Notes: generated from the letters alone by a model not told the origin. Shown: positions 39,131 to 52,920, counted from the stretch's first letter. The stretch is DNA of 64,000 nt from Paraspadella gotoi (GCA_051294375.1 JBJCIZ010000040.1:290330-354329); one strand, 5' to 3'. Numbers and translations are program-made.

Positions 39131-39838
39131 AATAATTACTAGGGTATAGAGCCATATAAAAAATTTTTTGTCCATTGAAAGTATATTTATAAATGTATAA
39201 ATTTTCGTTTCAGTATGTACTGACTCTAAATTTTTGACTTACCTCATTGAGTGCGGCTACCCCTAGTAATAAAAACTCTTTTCATTTCATTCCCATTTGA
39301 AATCTGTGTATTTATAAATTGAATGGATAATATTTTTTTTTCATTAAAACTAACCAAAATATTGTATTCATGACAGATTTTTAAATAAATAAACAAAAAT
39401 ATCTATTAATCAATTAATTATTCAATCAACCAATTAATCAATTATTTAGGTAGATCCAGCATTGTTTGCTGAAAGTTGTTAATTACTTTACTTAACTTTA
39501 CTAATCACTCATAAACACTGTTTTACAACTGTTTCATATGTGATAATCGGTAAATACAACTGCCTCCTTCCTTTAATAAAGATGGAGTTTTAAATTTTAT
39601 AAAAAACATTTTTGAAGAAAAACAAACTTAGAAAAACGCTTTACTAACAGCTATTTACTTACTTTCATGATGTCTTCATCATTAAAGTTTTTGCTGTTTT
39701 TATTATGTTGTTTGTCAAAACAAGAAATACCCATAAGGTAAAACCATTATTTTATTAACTAAAAAATTGTTAGTAAAAACTACTTTGAATGAGCTATAGC
39801 ATATGCAGCCGATGGGGTTCTGTCCTTAGATGCTAGCT

Positions 39839-41115
39839 TAGGGTGTTTCACCCAAATTTGAAAAGTTTTCAGATCTTAATTTACATCTAGGAAAATATGT
39901 TGGGAGGTAAAAAAATAAGATTGTACTACTTTTTGTCAAAATTGGAGCAACACCCTTAGTGCTACCCTCGCCTAAAGGATAAAAAAAGCACACCTTGGGC
40001 ACATTTTCGTCAATTGACTGAATCTTAATGATCCAATCCACGTCCAAAGGATCTTATTAGTTGCCCAACCTTCTAAGGATGATGCAGTAAAAATTTCAGC
40101 TCTCTATCATGACGAAGGCTCACACTACAGCAGTTACTGTGTGATGGAGTATAGAGAACAATAGGCTTTAAATATTTAAACTCAAAATAAAATCATTTCT
40201 CTTCAGATCTAATATTTTTTGTATATAATATCATACTAGTAGGAGCCAAGTATCCTATTTTTTGAAAGGTGTGCCCACATCCTGGTGGATACTTCCTGTA
40301 CAAAACACTAAAAACATAAATCACTACTGTATATCATTTTTTCAACAGTTTTTAAATCTACAGTGTTAATTGTGACATACTAATTAGTAGTCGTCTTGCA
40401 ACAGTGCAATAGACCCTTAAAATTTTCATGGAGTCGCACTTAAATGCAACTGCAGCAGCTTTTTGACCATTTTCTTTAATTTTATGAAAAACTAATGATG
40501 CTATTTTACCCTAACTGATCTCAATACTTGTACAATGTCCATGTTTTAAATATTAACCTTGTATAAATATTAAATATATATCATGTCTTCGGACCTTTCT
40601 ACAGTAATCACAATATGCTGGAGAAAGATTAGTGATTTTTGTTTTTAGTGTTTTGTACAGGAAATATCCACCAGGATGTTGGCACACCTTTTAAAAAATA
40701 GGACACTTGGCTCCTACTAGTATGATATTATATGAAAAAATATTAGATCTAAAGAGAAATGATTTTATTTTGAGTTTAAATGTTTAAAGCCTATTGTTCT
40801 CTATACTCCACCATACAGTACCTGCTGTAGTGTAAGCCTTCGTCATTATATAGAGCTGAAATTTTTACTGCATCATTCTTATAAGGTGGGTCAACTAATA
40901 AGATCCTTTGGACGTGGATTGGCTCACGATGATTCAGTCAATTGACGAAAATGTGCCCAAGATGTGCTTTTTTATCCTTTAGGCGAGGGTAGCACTAAGG
41001 GGGTTGCACCAATTTTGACAAAAAGTAGTACAATCTTATTTTTTTACCTCCCAACCTATTTTCCTAGATGTAAATTAAGATCAGAAAACTTTTCAAATTT
41101 GGGTGAAACACCCTA
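39839..41115. mobile_element. Non-autonomous Mutator-like foldback DNA transposon
   Basis: TIRs of about 490 bp starting TAGGGTGTTTCACCC; 9-bp TSD ATGCTAGCT (39830-39838, 41116-41124). Confidence 0.85.
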
Positions 41116-41162
41116 ATGCTAGCTAGTATTATGGTGGACTAAAATCCACCAACCGTTCATCA

Positions 41163-41234
41163 GCGACCGTTGGTGCCGGAGGCAAGTCATTCGCCTCCCA
41201 ACCCAAAGGTCCAGGGTTCTAGCCCGGTGGTCGC
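41163..41234 (+). promoter_or_regulatory. tRNA-Gly-like module (Pol III A/B boxes) inside family 1 LTR
   Basis: Acceptor-like GCGACCG/TGGTCGC, A box TGGTGCCGGAGG, TCGCCTCCCAA resembling a Gly anticodon arm, B box GGTTCTAGCCC. Confidence 0.65.
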
Positions 41235-41236
41235 CT

Positions 41237-41312
41237 AGCAGTTAAGAGGGACGGGGCGCTTAACCCGCCTGTAACACGGTGTTACAGCCTGATCCAAAGC
41301 TCAGGGACTGCT
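41237..41312 (+). ncRNA. Twister ribozyme, type P5 (family 1)
   Basis: As 11544-11619, but the L4 loop is UCCA (weaker T1). Predicted cut U41261/A41262. Confidence 0.7.
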
Positions 41313-43549
41313 TATATTAAACGGTTCTGTCACTAACACATGACAATAATCACTGTCTTTTCATTGGTGAGCCCGACTTCCGAACACAACAGCAACAACA
41401 ACACTTTCAAGCAACATGCCTCAACCTAGAACCAAATTCCGAAACTCGATCCCAAACCTTTTTTCATAATATTTTTATATTTTTGGATAGAGAATGACTG
41501 TAATAATGTAAATCTTAAGTTACATCTACATTAGCCCATGGGTTTTGAAGAAATCGACTAAAAACAACCAAAATTCCTCTCCCTTTTTTCAACATTCTCG
41601 CCTTTTAAGATTTTCGCCGATCCTGACTGCCTCTTACAAACTTATAATTTTGCTAGTTAATTTTTTTTTCTTAAACGAGCAAAAGAAATCCACAACTTTC
41701 TAATCTTTTATAATTTCGAGGTAAAAAAATATAATACCTCTAAGGTCGGGTAAGTCTGACTGAGATCTAGGTAAGTAAAGACGGGGGAAAATGGTGGAAA
41801 AGGAATATATATTGTAAGCGGCTAAATCGGCGGTAAAAAAATGGTAACAGAGACTGACCGGGAGAGGGACGGTGAGAGAGAAAGAGAGGAAAAAGTGTGA
41901 ATGAAAAACTTAAACCTTGGACTCGAGCCTGGGTCTCCGGGGGGAGGGGGAGGAGGATGAGGAGAAATGATGAGGAAACGGTGCATGCTGGCGAAACCTA
42001 TCGGTTCTTTCTGAATACATTACATTAACATTAGGATATTGTGAAAGTGTAATGTCTTGTGAAGCCTGTGAAAGTTGAGTAATTAAAAAATTCGCCTATT
42101 TTGTTATTGAAAACTAACATTAAAGTGAAGGCTCCTTTCAGTAAACGTCCCTGTTCTCTAAAATAACTAGTGGAAAAGAAAGATAAATACTTAGACTGTG
42201 ATGGGGTGAATAATATTTTGTAGAATTTTGTAAGCATGCATGTAAAATCAGACAAGCAATTATTTAAGTGACAAAAAATTTACATTTTCTTTATCCAAAA
42301 AAACTTTTAAGTTTTACTAGAGTACAATTTAACCTTTTTTCTTTCAGAATCATTAAAAAGAATTAAATTTTCATTTATTTTTATGGGGTGTCATTAGTTT
42401 TAAAATTAATTATAATTTTGACTTAGTTTGACACTCACCCTGTAAAGAGGTTTCAGCAAAAATATTTCTAAAATTGTATCTTTTATGTGTCCTATGATTA
42501 TGGCTTTATTTTGGTACTATTGCCATCCCTTTATCTTTGTTCCTTCAAAAGATATTAGGAAAAAAAGTTTTTTCTCTCAACCTTCCTTTTAATTTCTTTT
42601 AAAATAAAAATTTTGCAATGAAAACTGGATAACTTTAATATGAAAAAATTGGTCAATAATAAAAAGAAAAATAGAACGAGCTCTAGGGACACAAGGCTTT
42701 TAGAATCTCATAATTTAAAGTGTCATTTATAATGCTAACATACCATAATCTCATTAATAACTTTAAAAAAGTGAAATTTCCCTTTCATTTCTATAGTAAA
42801 AATGAGTTTTGAAAATCCTCCGGAGATGAGTAGTTCATTTCCCCTGGCTGGTTTGATAGTAAAATCTTTATCAAATGCCACAAGAAAAAAGGAACGAGCT
42901 CTTGAGATGTAAAGCTGTCGGAATCGTGTGTTTTTACAAATGTTTTCTACTGGAACTTTTTGCAGGCTCTTTTGTAAGGTTGGGCAGTCAGATTCGAACG
43001 GAAAAATGTTTAATTTTTTTTTAGCAAGATTTTCGCCTATAGAAAGAGAAAAAAATTGTGGAAAGCTGGAAAGTTTCTAAAAAAATTTGTGGAAAAAAAA
43101 TATAAGTTATTTCCTTTACTTTCGAATTTCGAAATTCTCCTTGACCGAATTGAAAATTTTCCGTTGAAATTTTCACTCTTCACTCCGCTGGCTAGAAAAA
43201 TATTGTGGATACCCGGAAAATCTGTGGTCAACCATTTTAAAAATAGACAAGCTTAAAAATTTGCGGGCAAAAAGTGGTTGTTATTGTTCCTTCTGGTACT
43301 GGACAGCTGGTCGTGGTCATTGGCCGTAGCAACAAAAATTACAAATTTTCCACTGACTAACACGACGAACGGACGGAAAAATTGGAGAAAAATAGTATAT
43401 TTACTTCCGGCTCAGTCCATTAGAATTTCTAAACAGTCCCAATACTTTTTATTAGTAGTTTTGATGACCAGAAAATTACAAATTTTCCTGGGAAAATTTG
43501 AAATTTTTGTATTATTTTTCTCCCATTCCTCCCTTTCTATTTTCACTAA

Positions 43550-44341
43550 TTTTTAGTCGGATCTGCTTATCAGCAGATCCCGACTCTATAATTCATTTTG
43601 TCGGTCCGCCCCCTCAATATTGTCGGGCACAAACTTATATCATGTCAGAACATCGAATTATGATAAATTATGTAAAAAAAAATGATGTATGTCCGTCCGT
43701 CTGTCTGTCTGTCTGCCCGTCCGTCCCACTTTAGCAAAAAACACCAATTACTCGTGATCGGATGGATGGATTTGAAAGAAATTTTGTGTGTGGGTAGGGA
43801 AGTGTGTGATTGAGCTGGATATGAAGTTTCGATGGAATCTTCTGAGTGGAAATTAGTTTAAATAGAAAAAACATAAAAATATATTTCACTATTTGAACAC
43901 CAATTGCTCATGACTGGATGGGGCGATTGAACTTAAATTTTGTATGTGGGTAGGAAAGTGTGTGATTAAGCTGGAACTCAAGTTTTGATGGAATCGTCTG
44001 AGTGGAAATGAGTTTAAATGGAAAAAACCAAAAACCTGTTTCACTAATTGATTATGCTTATTTTTCCTTTATATTAAATGTGAATGCAGGATGTATTAAT
44101 TAATCAAATAATTAATCAATTAGTCAATTAATTAATCAATAATTAATTAATCAGTCAATCAAGACAAACGTTATCGGCATTATTCTCATCGTCATCATTG
44201 CTTTTGTTTTGGTTAGTGATGAAAAGACCTAAAAACAAACATTTGAGATCAAATTAATTAATTAATTGCCTAATTAATTAATTAATTTTAAGAATTAATT
44301 AGTTACCGAGCAGATCCGACATTGTTTGGACAAACTTGTTT
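43550..44341 (+). mobile_element. HINE/DINE-1-like element, complete copy
   Basis: T-rich 5' end, subTIR GTCGGATCTGC with nearby inverted copy, (GTCY)n microsatellite, central repeats, 3' inverted subTIR GCAGATCCGAC followed by a small stem-loop and Ts. A second truncated copy follows at 44461-44940. Confidence 0.75.
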
Positions 44342-45558
44342 CTCAACGAATGAAAATTACAAATTTCTAAAGACATATTGACAGTACTTTTGATTAGCTA
44401 TTCTGCTGACCACTAAATTTGAAAATTTGTACAGAAAAAACCTATACTAACTAACATTCCTTTTTTAGTCGGATCTGCTTATAAGCAGATCCCTACTCTA
44501 TAATTCACTTTGTCGGTTCGTTGGTCCGACCCCTCAATCTTGTCGGACATTCACATATATCATGTCATCGAAATATGACAAATTATGCAAAAAAACGATG
44601 TCTGTCCGTCCGTCTGTCCGTCCATCCATCCATCTGTCATACCTTAGCAAAAACTCCAATTCCTCGTGATTGGATGGATGGATTGGAATGAATGGGTAGA
44701 GAGTGTGATTGAGCTGGATATGAAGTTTCGATGGAATCGTGTGAGTAGAAAAGAATTTAAATGGAAAAAACAAATAAAATTATTTCACTATTTGAATGCC
44801 AATTACTCATGAGTAGATGGGACAATTGACTTGAAAATTTGTTTGTGGGTAGAAAGGTGTGTGATTAAGCTGGAAATCATGTTTCAATGGAATTATTATG
44901 CTTCTTTTTATTTTTATATTAAATTTAATGTAAAATGTATTATTGGAGTTTATGTTTGGGTAGAGTGACGGGGGTGGGGGTGAAGAGAAAAGGCCGAGAC
45001 CGACGGAGAAGGCCAGATCTGACCCATTCGACCGATTGACCGATCGACCGGACAGGGACTGACCTGACTCTTTCTCCACTCTTTCTCTCCTTCTCTCTCT
45101 TTCTCTCTCTCTCTCTCTCCAAACTTTACTTGGACAGGCTCAAACAAGACAAATTCAGATTCACTGGATCACATTTTAGAGAGATCGTCAACTACTTTCT
45201 TACAAAGTTCCTACTACGTTTTTACTAAAGATTTATCACGATTCTATTTGATTTCTCCTCGATATATAGATTCTTCATTCAATTTGATCTCGATTTTCTA
45301 CGGAAACCTCGTTTTCTACATTTTATTACATTTATTTACATTTTATTTTCGCGTTATTTCTTCCCGACTTTCGAGCTTTAGTTACATAAAACGTTTGGGA
45401 TACTTTTCGTCAGATAAGTTGCGACAAAGTGGACCATCTTCACCTCAAGAGGCGTAGAGAGCCAAGCTTCTATACAATGCCCGATGAAGCAGCTCCGCTT
45501 GACGCCAATCTTCAAGGGAGCGCCGCTCATTTGGATACCACCATTTACAAGTTAGATC

Positions 45559-45723
45559 TTGCATGCCCGGGCCCGTCTCCCTGTTATGTTTAACACGGTT
45601 ACCTTGGAAACAATATTAGATACGGGAAGCGGTTCATTAAACCTTTTATCTGTTGACATTTTAAGAGACGTTTTAAAAGTAGTTTCCCCTTTAAACAGAG
45701 AGTTTGTGCGGGTTGTGGGAATA
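45559..45723 (+). pseudogene. Retrotransposon aspartic protease fragment
   Basis: ETILDTGSGSLNLL motif; cut by an N-gap. Confidence 0.55.
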
Positions 45724-45915
45724 NNNNNNNNNNNNNNNNNNNNNNNNNTTTTTACTTTGTTTTAATCTGTTTTTACCTTGTTTTTAAGTGGTTTTAATTG
45801 ATTTTAATTCGTTTATTCGTGCTTTTACTTGATGTCAATACATGTTTTTTAACTCGCTAAACCTTCAAATTCGGTGGCCGAGCGACTTTAGATTATTTTA
45901 GATACAAGATCAAAC

Positions 45916-48900
45916 AATATCTATTATCAATTATTATTCAATCAACCATTAATCAATTATTTAGGTAGATCCAGCATTGTTTGGCTGAAAGTTGTTAATT
46001 ACTTACTTAACTTTACTAATTCACTCATAAACAATCTTCTGTTTTACATACTGTTTTCATATGTGATAATCGGTAAATAACAACTGCCTCCTTCCTTATA
46101 ATAAAGATGGAGTTTTAAATTTTATAAAAACACATTTTTGTTAAAGAAAAACAAACTTAGAAAAAACGCTTTAAATCTAACAGCTATTTTACTTAACTTT
46201 CATGATGTCTTCATCATTAAGCTTTTTGCTGTTTTTTTATGTTGTTTGTCAAAACAAGAAATACGCCATAAGGTAAAACCATTTATTTTATTAACTAAAA
46301 AATTGTTTAGTTAAAAACTACATTTTGAATGAGCTATAGCATATGCAGCGATGGGGTCTGTCTTAGATGCTAGCTTAGGCTGTTTTCACCCCAAATTTGA
46401 AAAGTTTTCAGATCTTAATTTAGCATCTAGGAAAATATGTTGGGAGGTAAAAAAATAAGATTGTACTACTTTTTGTCAAAATTGGAGCAAACACCTTAGT
46501 GCTACCCTCGCCTAAAGGATAAAAAAGCACACCTTTGGGCACATTTTCGTCAATTGACTGAATCTTAATGATCCAATCCACGTTCCCAAAGGATCTTATT
46601 AGTTGCCAACCTTCTAAGGATGATGCAGTAAAATTCAGCTCTCTATCATGACGAAGGCCACAGCTAGAACACAAGCAGATTACTGTTGTGATGGAGTATT
46701 AGAGAACAATAGGCTTTAAATATTAAACTCAAAATAAAATCCAATTCTCTTCAGATCTAATATTTTTTGTATATAATATCATACTAGTAGGAGCCAAGTA
46801 TCCTATTTTTTGAAAGGTGTGCCCACATCCTGGTGGATACTTCCTGTACAAAACACTAAAAACATAAATCACTACTGTATATCATTTTTTCAACAGTTTT
46901 TAAATCTACAGGTGTAATTGTGACATACTAATTAGTAGTCGTCTTGCAACAGTGCAATAGACCTTAAATTTTCATGGAGTCGCACTTAAATGCAACTGCA
47001 GCAGCTTTTTGACCATTTTCTTTAATTTTATGAAAAACTAATGATGCTATTTTACCCTAACTGATCTCAATACTTGTACATGTCCATGTTTTAAATATTA
47101 ACCTTGTATAAATATTAAATATAATATCATGTCTTCGGACCTTTCTACAGTAATCACAATATGCTGGAGAAAGATTAGTGATTTTTGTTTGTTAGTGTTT
47201 TGTACAGGAAATATCCACCAGGATGTTGGCACACCTTTAAAAAATAGGACACTTGGCTCCTACTAGTATGATATTATATGAAAAATATTAGATCTAAAGA
47301 GAAATGATTTTATTTTTGAGTTTAAATGTTTAAGCCTATTGTCTCTATACTCCACCATACAGTACCTGCTGTAGTGTAAGCCTTCGTCATTATATAGAGC
47401 TGAAATTTTACTGATCATTCTTATAAGTGGGTCAACTAATAAGATCCTTTGGACGTGGATTGGCTCACGATGATTCAGTCAATTGACGAAAATGTGCCCA
47501 AGATGTGCTTTTTATCCTTTAGGCGAGGGTAGCACTAAGGGGGTTGCAACCAATTTTTTGACAAAAAGTAGTCAATCGTTATTTTTTTACCTCCCAACCT
47601 ATTTTCCTAGATGTAAATTAAGATCAGAAAACTTTTCAAATTTGGGTGAAACACCCTAATGCTAGCTAGTATTATGGTGGACTAAAATCCACCAACCGTT
47701 CATCCAGCGACCGTTGGTGCCGGAGGCAAGTCATTCGCCTCCCCAACCCAAAGGTCCAGGGTTCTAGCCCGGTGGTCGCCTAGCAGTTTAAGAGGGACGG
47801 GGCGCTTAACCCGCCTGTAACACGGTGTTACAGCCTGATCCAAAGCTCAGGGACTGCTATTATTAAACGGTTCTGTCACTAACACATGACATATCACTGG
47901 TCTTTTCATTGGTGAGCCCGACTTCCGAACACAACAGCAACAACAACACTTTCAAGCAACATGCCTCAACCTAGAACCAATTCCGAAACTCGATTCCCAA
48001 ACCTTTTTTCATATATTTTTATATTTTGGATAGAGAATGACTGTAATAATGTAAATCTTAAGTTACATCTACATTAGCCCATGGGTTTTGAAGAAATCGA
48101 CTAAAAACAACAAAATTCCTCTCCTTTTTTCAACATTCTCGCCTTTAAGATTTTCGCCGATCCTGACTGCCTCTTACAAACTTATAATTTTTGCTAGTTA
48201 ATTTTTTTTTCTTAAACGAGCAAAAGAAATCCACAACTTTCTAATCTTTTATAATTTCGAGGTAAAAAAATATAATACCTCTAAGGTCGGGTAAGTCTGA
48301 CTGAGATCTAGTAAGTAAAGACAGGGGAAAATGGTGGAAAAGGATATATATTGTAAGCGGCTAAATCGCGGTAAAAAAATGGTAACAGAGACTGACCGGG
48401 AGAGGGACGGTGAGAGAGAAAGAGAGGAAAAAGTGTGAATGAAAAACTTAAACCTTGGACTCGAGCCTGGGTCTCCGGGGGAGGGGAGGAGGATGAGGAG
48501 AAATGATGAGGAAACGGTGCATGCTGGCGAAACCTATCGGTTCTTTCTGAATACATTACATAACATTAGGATATTGTGAAAGTGTAATGTCTTGTGAAGC
48601 CTGTGAAAGTTGAGTAATTAAAAAATTCGCTCTATTTTGTTATTGAAAACTAACATTAAAGTGAAGGCTCCTTTCAGTAAACGTCCCTGTTCTCTAAAAT
48701 AACTAGTGGAAAAGAAAGATAAATACTTAGACTGTGATGGGGTGAATAATATTTTGTAGAATTTTGTAAGCATGCATGTAAAAATCAGACAAGCAATTAT
48801 TTAAGTGACAAAAAATTTACATTTTCTTTATCCAAAAAAACTTTAAGTTTACTAGAGTACAATTTAACCTTTTTTCTTCAGAATCATTAAAAGAATTAAA

Positions 48901-51900
48901 TTTTCATTTATTTTTATGGGTGTCATTAGTTTTAAAATTAATTATAATTTTGACTTAGTTTGACACTACACCCTGTAAAGAGGTTTCAGCAAAAATATTT
49001 CTAAATTGTATCTTTTATGTGTCCTATGATTATGGCTTTATTTTGGTACTATTGCCATCCCTTTATCTTTTGTTCCTTCAAAAGATATTAGGAAAAAAGT
49101 TTTTTCTCTTCAACCTTCCTTTTAATTTCTCTTTAAAATAAAAATTTGCAATGAAACTGGATAACTTTAATATGAAAAAATTGGTCATAATAAAAAAGAA
49201 AAATAGAACGAGCTCTAGGACACAAGGCTTTTTAGAATCTCATAATTTAAAGTGTCATTTATAATGCTAACATACCATAATCTCATTAATAACTTTAAAA
49301 AAGTGAAATTTCCCTTTCATTTCTATAGTAAAAATGAGTTTTGAAAATCCTCCGGAGATGAGTAGTTCATTTCCCCTGGCTGGTTTGATAGTAAAATCTT
49401 TATCAAATGCCACAAGAAAAAAGGAACGAGCTCTTGAGATGTAAAGCTGTCGGAATCGTGTGTTTTTACAAATGTTTTCTACTGGAACTTTTTGCAGCTC
49501 TTTGTTAAGGTTGGGCAGTCAGATTCGAACGGAAAAATGTTTAATTTTTTTTAGCAAGATTTTCGCCTATAGAAAGAGAAAAAAATTGTGGAAAGCTGGA
49601 AAGTTTTCTAAAAAAATTTGTGAAAAAAAATATAAGTTATTTCCTTTACTTTCGAATTTCGAAATTCTCCTTGACCGAATTGAAAATTTTCCGTTGAAAT
49701 TTTCACTCTTCACTCCGCTGGCTAGAAAATATTGTGGATACCCGGAAAATCTGTGGTCAACCATTTTAAAAATAGACAAGCTTAAAAATTTGCGGGCAAA
49801 AAGTTGGTTGTTATTGTTCCTTCTTGGTACTGGACAGCTGGTCGTGGTCATTGCCGTAGCACAAAAATTACAAATTTTCCACTGACTAACACGACGAACG
49901 GACGGAAAAATTGGAGAAAAATAGTATATTTACTTCCGGCTCAGTCCATTAGAATTCTAAAACAGTCCCAATACTTTTTATTAGTAGTTTTGATGACCAG
50001 AAAATTACAAATTTTCCTGGGAAAATTTGAAATTTTTGTATTATTTTTCTCCCATTCCTCCCTTTCTATTTTCACTAATTTTTAGTCGGATCTGCTTATC
50101 AGCAGATCCCGACTCTATAATCATTTTGTCGGTCCGCCCCTCAATATTGTCGGGCACAAACTTATATCATGTCAGAACATCGAATTATGATAAATTATGT
50201 AAAAAAAATGATGTATGTCCGTCCGTCTGTCTGTCTGTCTGCCCGTCCGTCCCACTTTAGCAAAAAACACCAATTACTCGTGATCGGATGGATGGATTTG
50301 AAAGAAATTTTGTGTGTGGGTAGGGAAGTGTGTGATTGAGCTGGATATGAAGTTTCGATGGAATCTTCTGAGTGGAAATTAGTTTAAATAGAAAAAACAT
50401 AAAAATATATTTCACTATTTGAACACCAATTGCTCATGACTGGATGGGGCGATTGAACTTAAATTTTGTATGTGGGTAGGAAAGTGTGTGATTAAGCTGG
50501 AACTCAAGTTTTGATGGAATCGTCTGAGTGGAAATGAGTTTTAAATGGAAAAAACCAAAAACCTGTTTCACTAATTGATTATGCTTATTTTTCCTTTATA
50601 TTAAATGTGAATGCAGGATGTATTAATTAATCAAATAATTAATCAATTAGTCAATTAATTAATCAATAATTAATTAATCAGTCAATCAAGACAAACGTTA
50701 TCGGCATTATTCTCATCGTCATCATTGCTTTTGTTTTGGTTAGTGATGAAAAGACCTAAAAACAAACATTGAGATCAAATTAATTAATTAATTGCCTAAT
50801 AATTAATTAATTTAAGAATTAATTAGTTACCGAGCAGATCCGACATTGTTTGGACAAACTTGTTTCTCAACGAATGAAAATTACAAATTTCTAAAGACAT
50901 ATTGACAGTACTTTTGATTAGCTATTCTGCTGACCACTAAATTTGAAATTTGTACAGAAAAAACCTATACTAACTAACATTCCTTTTTTAGTCGGATCTG
51001 CTTATAAGCAGATCCCTACTCTATAATTCACTTTGTCGGTTCGTTGGTCCGACCCTCAATCTTGTCGGACATTCACATATATCATGTCATCGAAATATGA
51101 CAAATTATGCAAAAAAACGATGTCTGTCCGTCCGTCTGTCCGTCCATCCATCCATCTGTCATACCTTAGCAAAAACTCCAATTCCTCGTGATTGGATGGA
51201 TGGATTGGAATGAATGGGTAGAGAGTGTGATTGAGCTGGATATGAAGTTTCGATGGAATCGTGTGAGTAGAAAAGAATTAAATGGAAAAACAAATAAAAT
51301 TATTTCACTATTTGAATGCCAATTACTCATGAGTAGATGGGACAATTGACTTGAAAATTTGTTTGTGGTAGAAAGGTGTGTGATTAAGCTGGAAATCATG
51401 TTTCAATGGAATTATTATGCTTCTTTTTATTTTTATATTAAATTTAATGTAAAATGTTATTATTGGAGTTTATGTTTGGGTAGAGTGACGGGGTGGGGGT
51501 GAAGAGAAAAGGCCGAGACCGACGGAGAAGGCCAGATCTGACCCATTCGACCGATTGACCGATCGACCGGACAGGGACTGACCTGACTCTTTCTCCACTC
51601 TTTCTCTCCTTCTCTTCTTTCTCTCTCTCTCTCTCTCCAAACTTTACTTGGACAGGCTCAAACAAGACAAATTCAGATTCACTGGATCACATTTTAGAGA
51701 GATCGTCAACTACTTTCTTACAAAGTTCCTACTACGTTTTTACTAAAGATTTATCACGATTCTATTTGATTTCTCCTCGATATATAGATTCTTCATTCAA
51801 TTTGATCTCGATTTTCTACGGAAACCTCGTTTTCTACATTTTATTACATTTATTTACATTTTATTTTCGCGTTATTTCTTCCCGACTTTCGAGCTTTAGT

Positions 51901-51994
51901 TACATAAAACGTTTGGGATACTTTTCGTCAAATAAGTTGCGACCAAGTGGACCATCTTCACCTCAAGAGGCGTAGAGAGCCAAGCTTCTCTACA
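45916..51994 (+). repeat. Indel-rich duplicate of 39398-45474 (includes a third family 1 twister LTR at 47673-47908)
   Basis: Colinear copy starting shortly after an N-gap, with identical insertion junctions. Confidence 0.9.
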
Positions 51995-52920
51995 GGGAGT
52001 GGAGTTTATGTTTGGGTAGAGTGACGGGGTGGGGGAGTGGAGTTTATGTTTGGGTAGAGTGACGGGGTGGGGGAGTGGAAATTATGTTGGGTAGAGTGAC
52101 GGGGTGGGGAGTGGAGTTTATGTTTGGGTAGAGTGACGGGGGTGGGGGAGTGGAATTTATGTTTGGGTAGAGTGACGGGGGTGGGGAGTGGAGTTTATGT
52201 TTGGGTAGAGTGACGGGGTGGGGGAGTGGAGTTATGTTTGGGTAGATTGACGGGGGTGGGGGAGTGGAATTTATGTTTGGGTAGAGTGACGGGGTGGGGG
52301 AGTGGAGTTATGTTTGGGTAGATTGACGGGGGTGGGGAGTGGAAATTATGTTTGGGTAGAGTGACGGGGGTGGGGGAGTGGAGTTTATGTTTGGGTAGAG
52401 TGACGGGGTGGGGGAATGGAATTTATGTTTGGGTAGAGTGACGGGGTGGGGGAGTGGAGTTTATGTTTGGGTAGAGTGACGGGGGTGGGGAGTGGAGTTT
52501 ATGTTTGGGTAGATTGACGGGGGTGGGGGAGTGGAATTTATGTTTGGGTAGAGTGACGGGGGTGGGGGAGTGGAGTTTATGTTTGGGTAGAGTGACGGGG
52601 GTGGGGGAGTGGAGTTTATGTTTGGGTAGAGTGATGGGGTGGGGAGTGGAATTTATGTTTGGGTAGAGTGACGGGGGTGGGGAGTGGAGTTTATGTTTGG
52701 GTAGATTGACGGGGGTGGGGAGTGGAATTTATGTTTGGGTAGAGTGACGGGGGTGGGGGAGTGGAGTTTATGTTTGGGTAGAGTGACGGGGGTGGGGAGT
52801 GGAGTTTATGTTTGGGTAGAGTGACGGGGTGGGGAGTGGAGTTTATGTTTGGGTAGAGTGACGGGGGTGGGGAGTGGAGTTTATGTTTGGGTAGAGTGAC
52901 GGGGTGGGGAGTGGAGTTTT
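51995..52920. repeat. G-rich 38-39 bp minisatellite, about 24 units
   Basis: Unit ggagtggagtttatgtttgggtagagtgacgggggtgg. Confidence 0.95.

Larger units (their letters stand above)
41130..41460 (+). mobile_element. Family 1 twister-LTR plus PBS and truncated internal region
   Basis: LTR 41130-41363 ending TTCA; PBS TGGTGAGCCCGAC at 41365-41377 identical to the Gypsy PBS; no second LTR seen. Confidence 0.8.

Noticed and set aside
51995-52920. CRISPR-like array
   Set aside because: No unique spacers, eukaryotic context, no cas genes.
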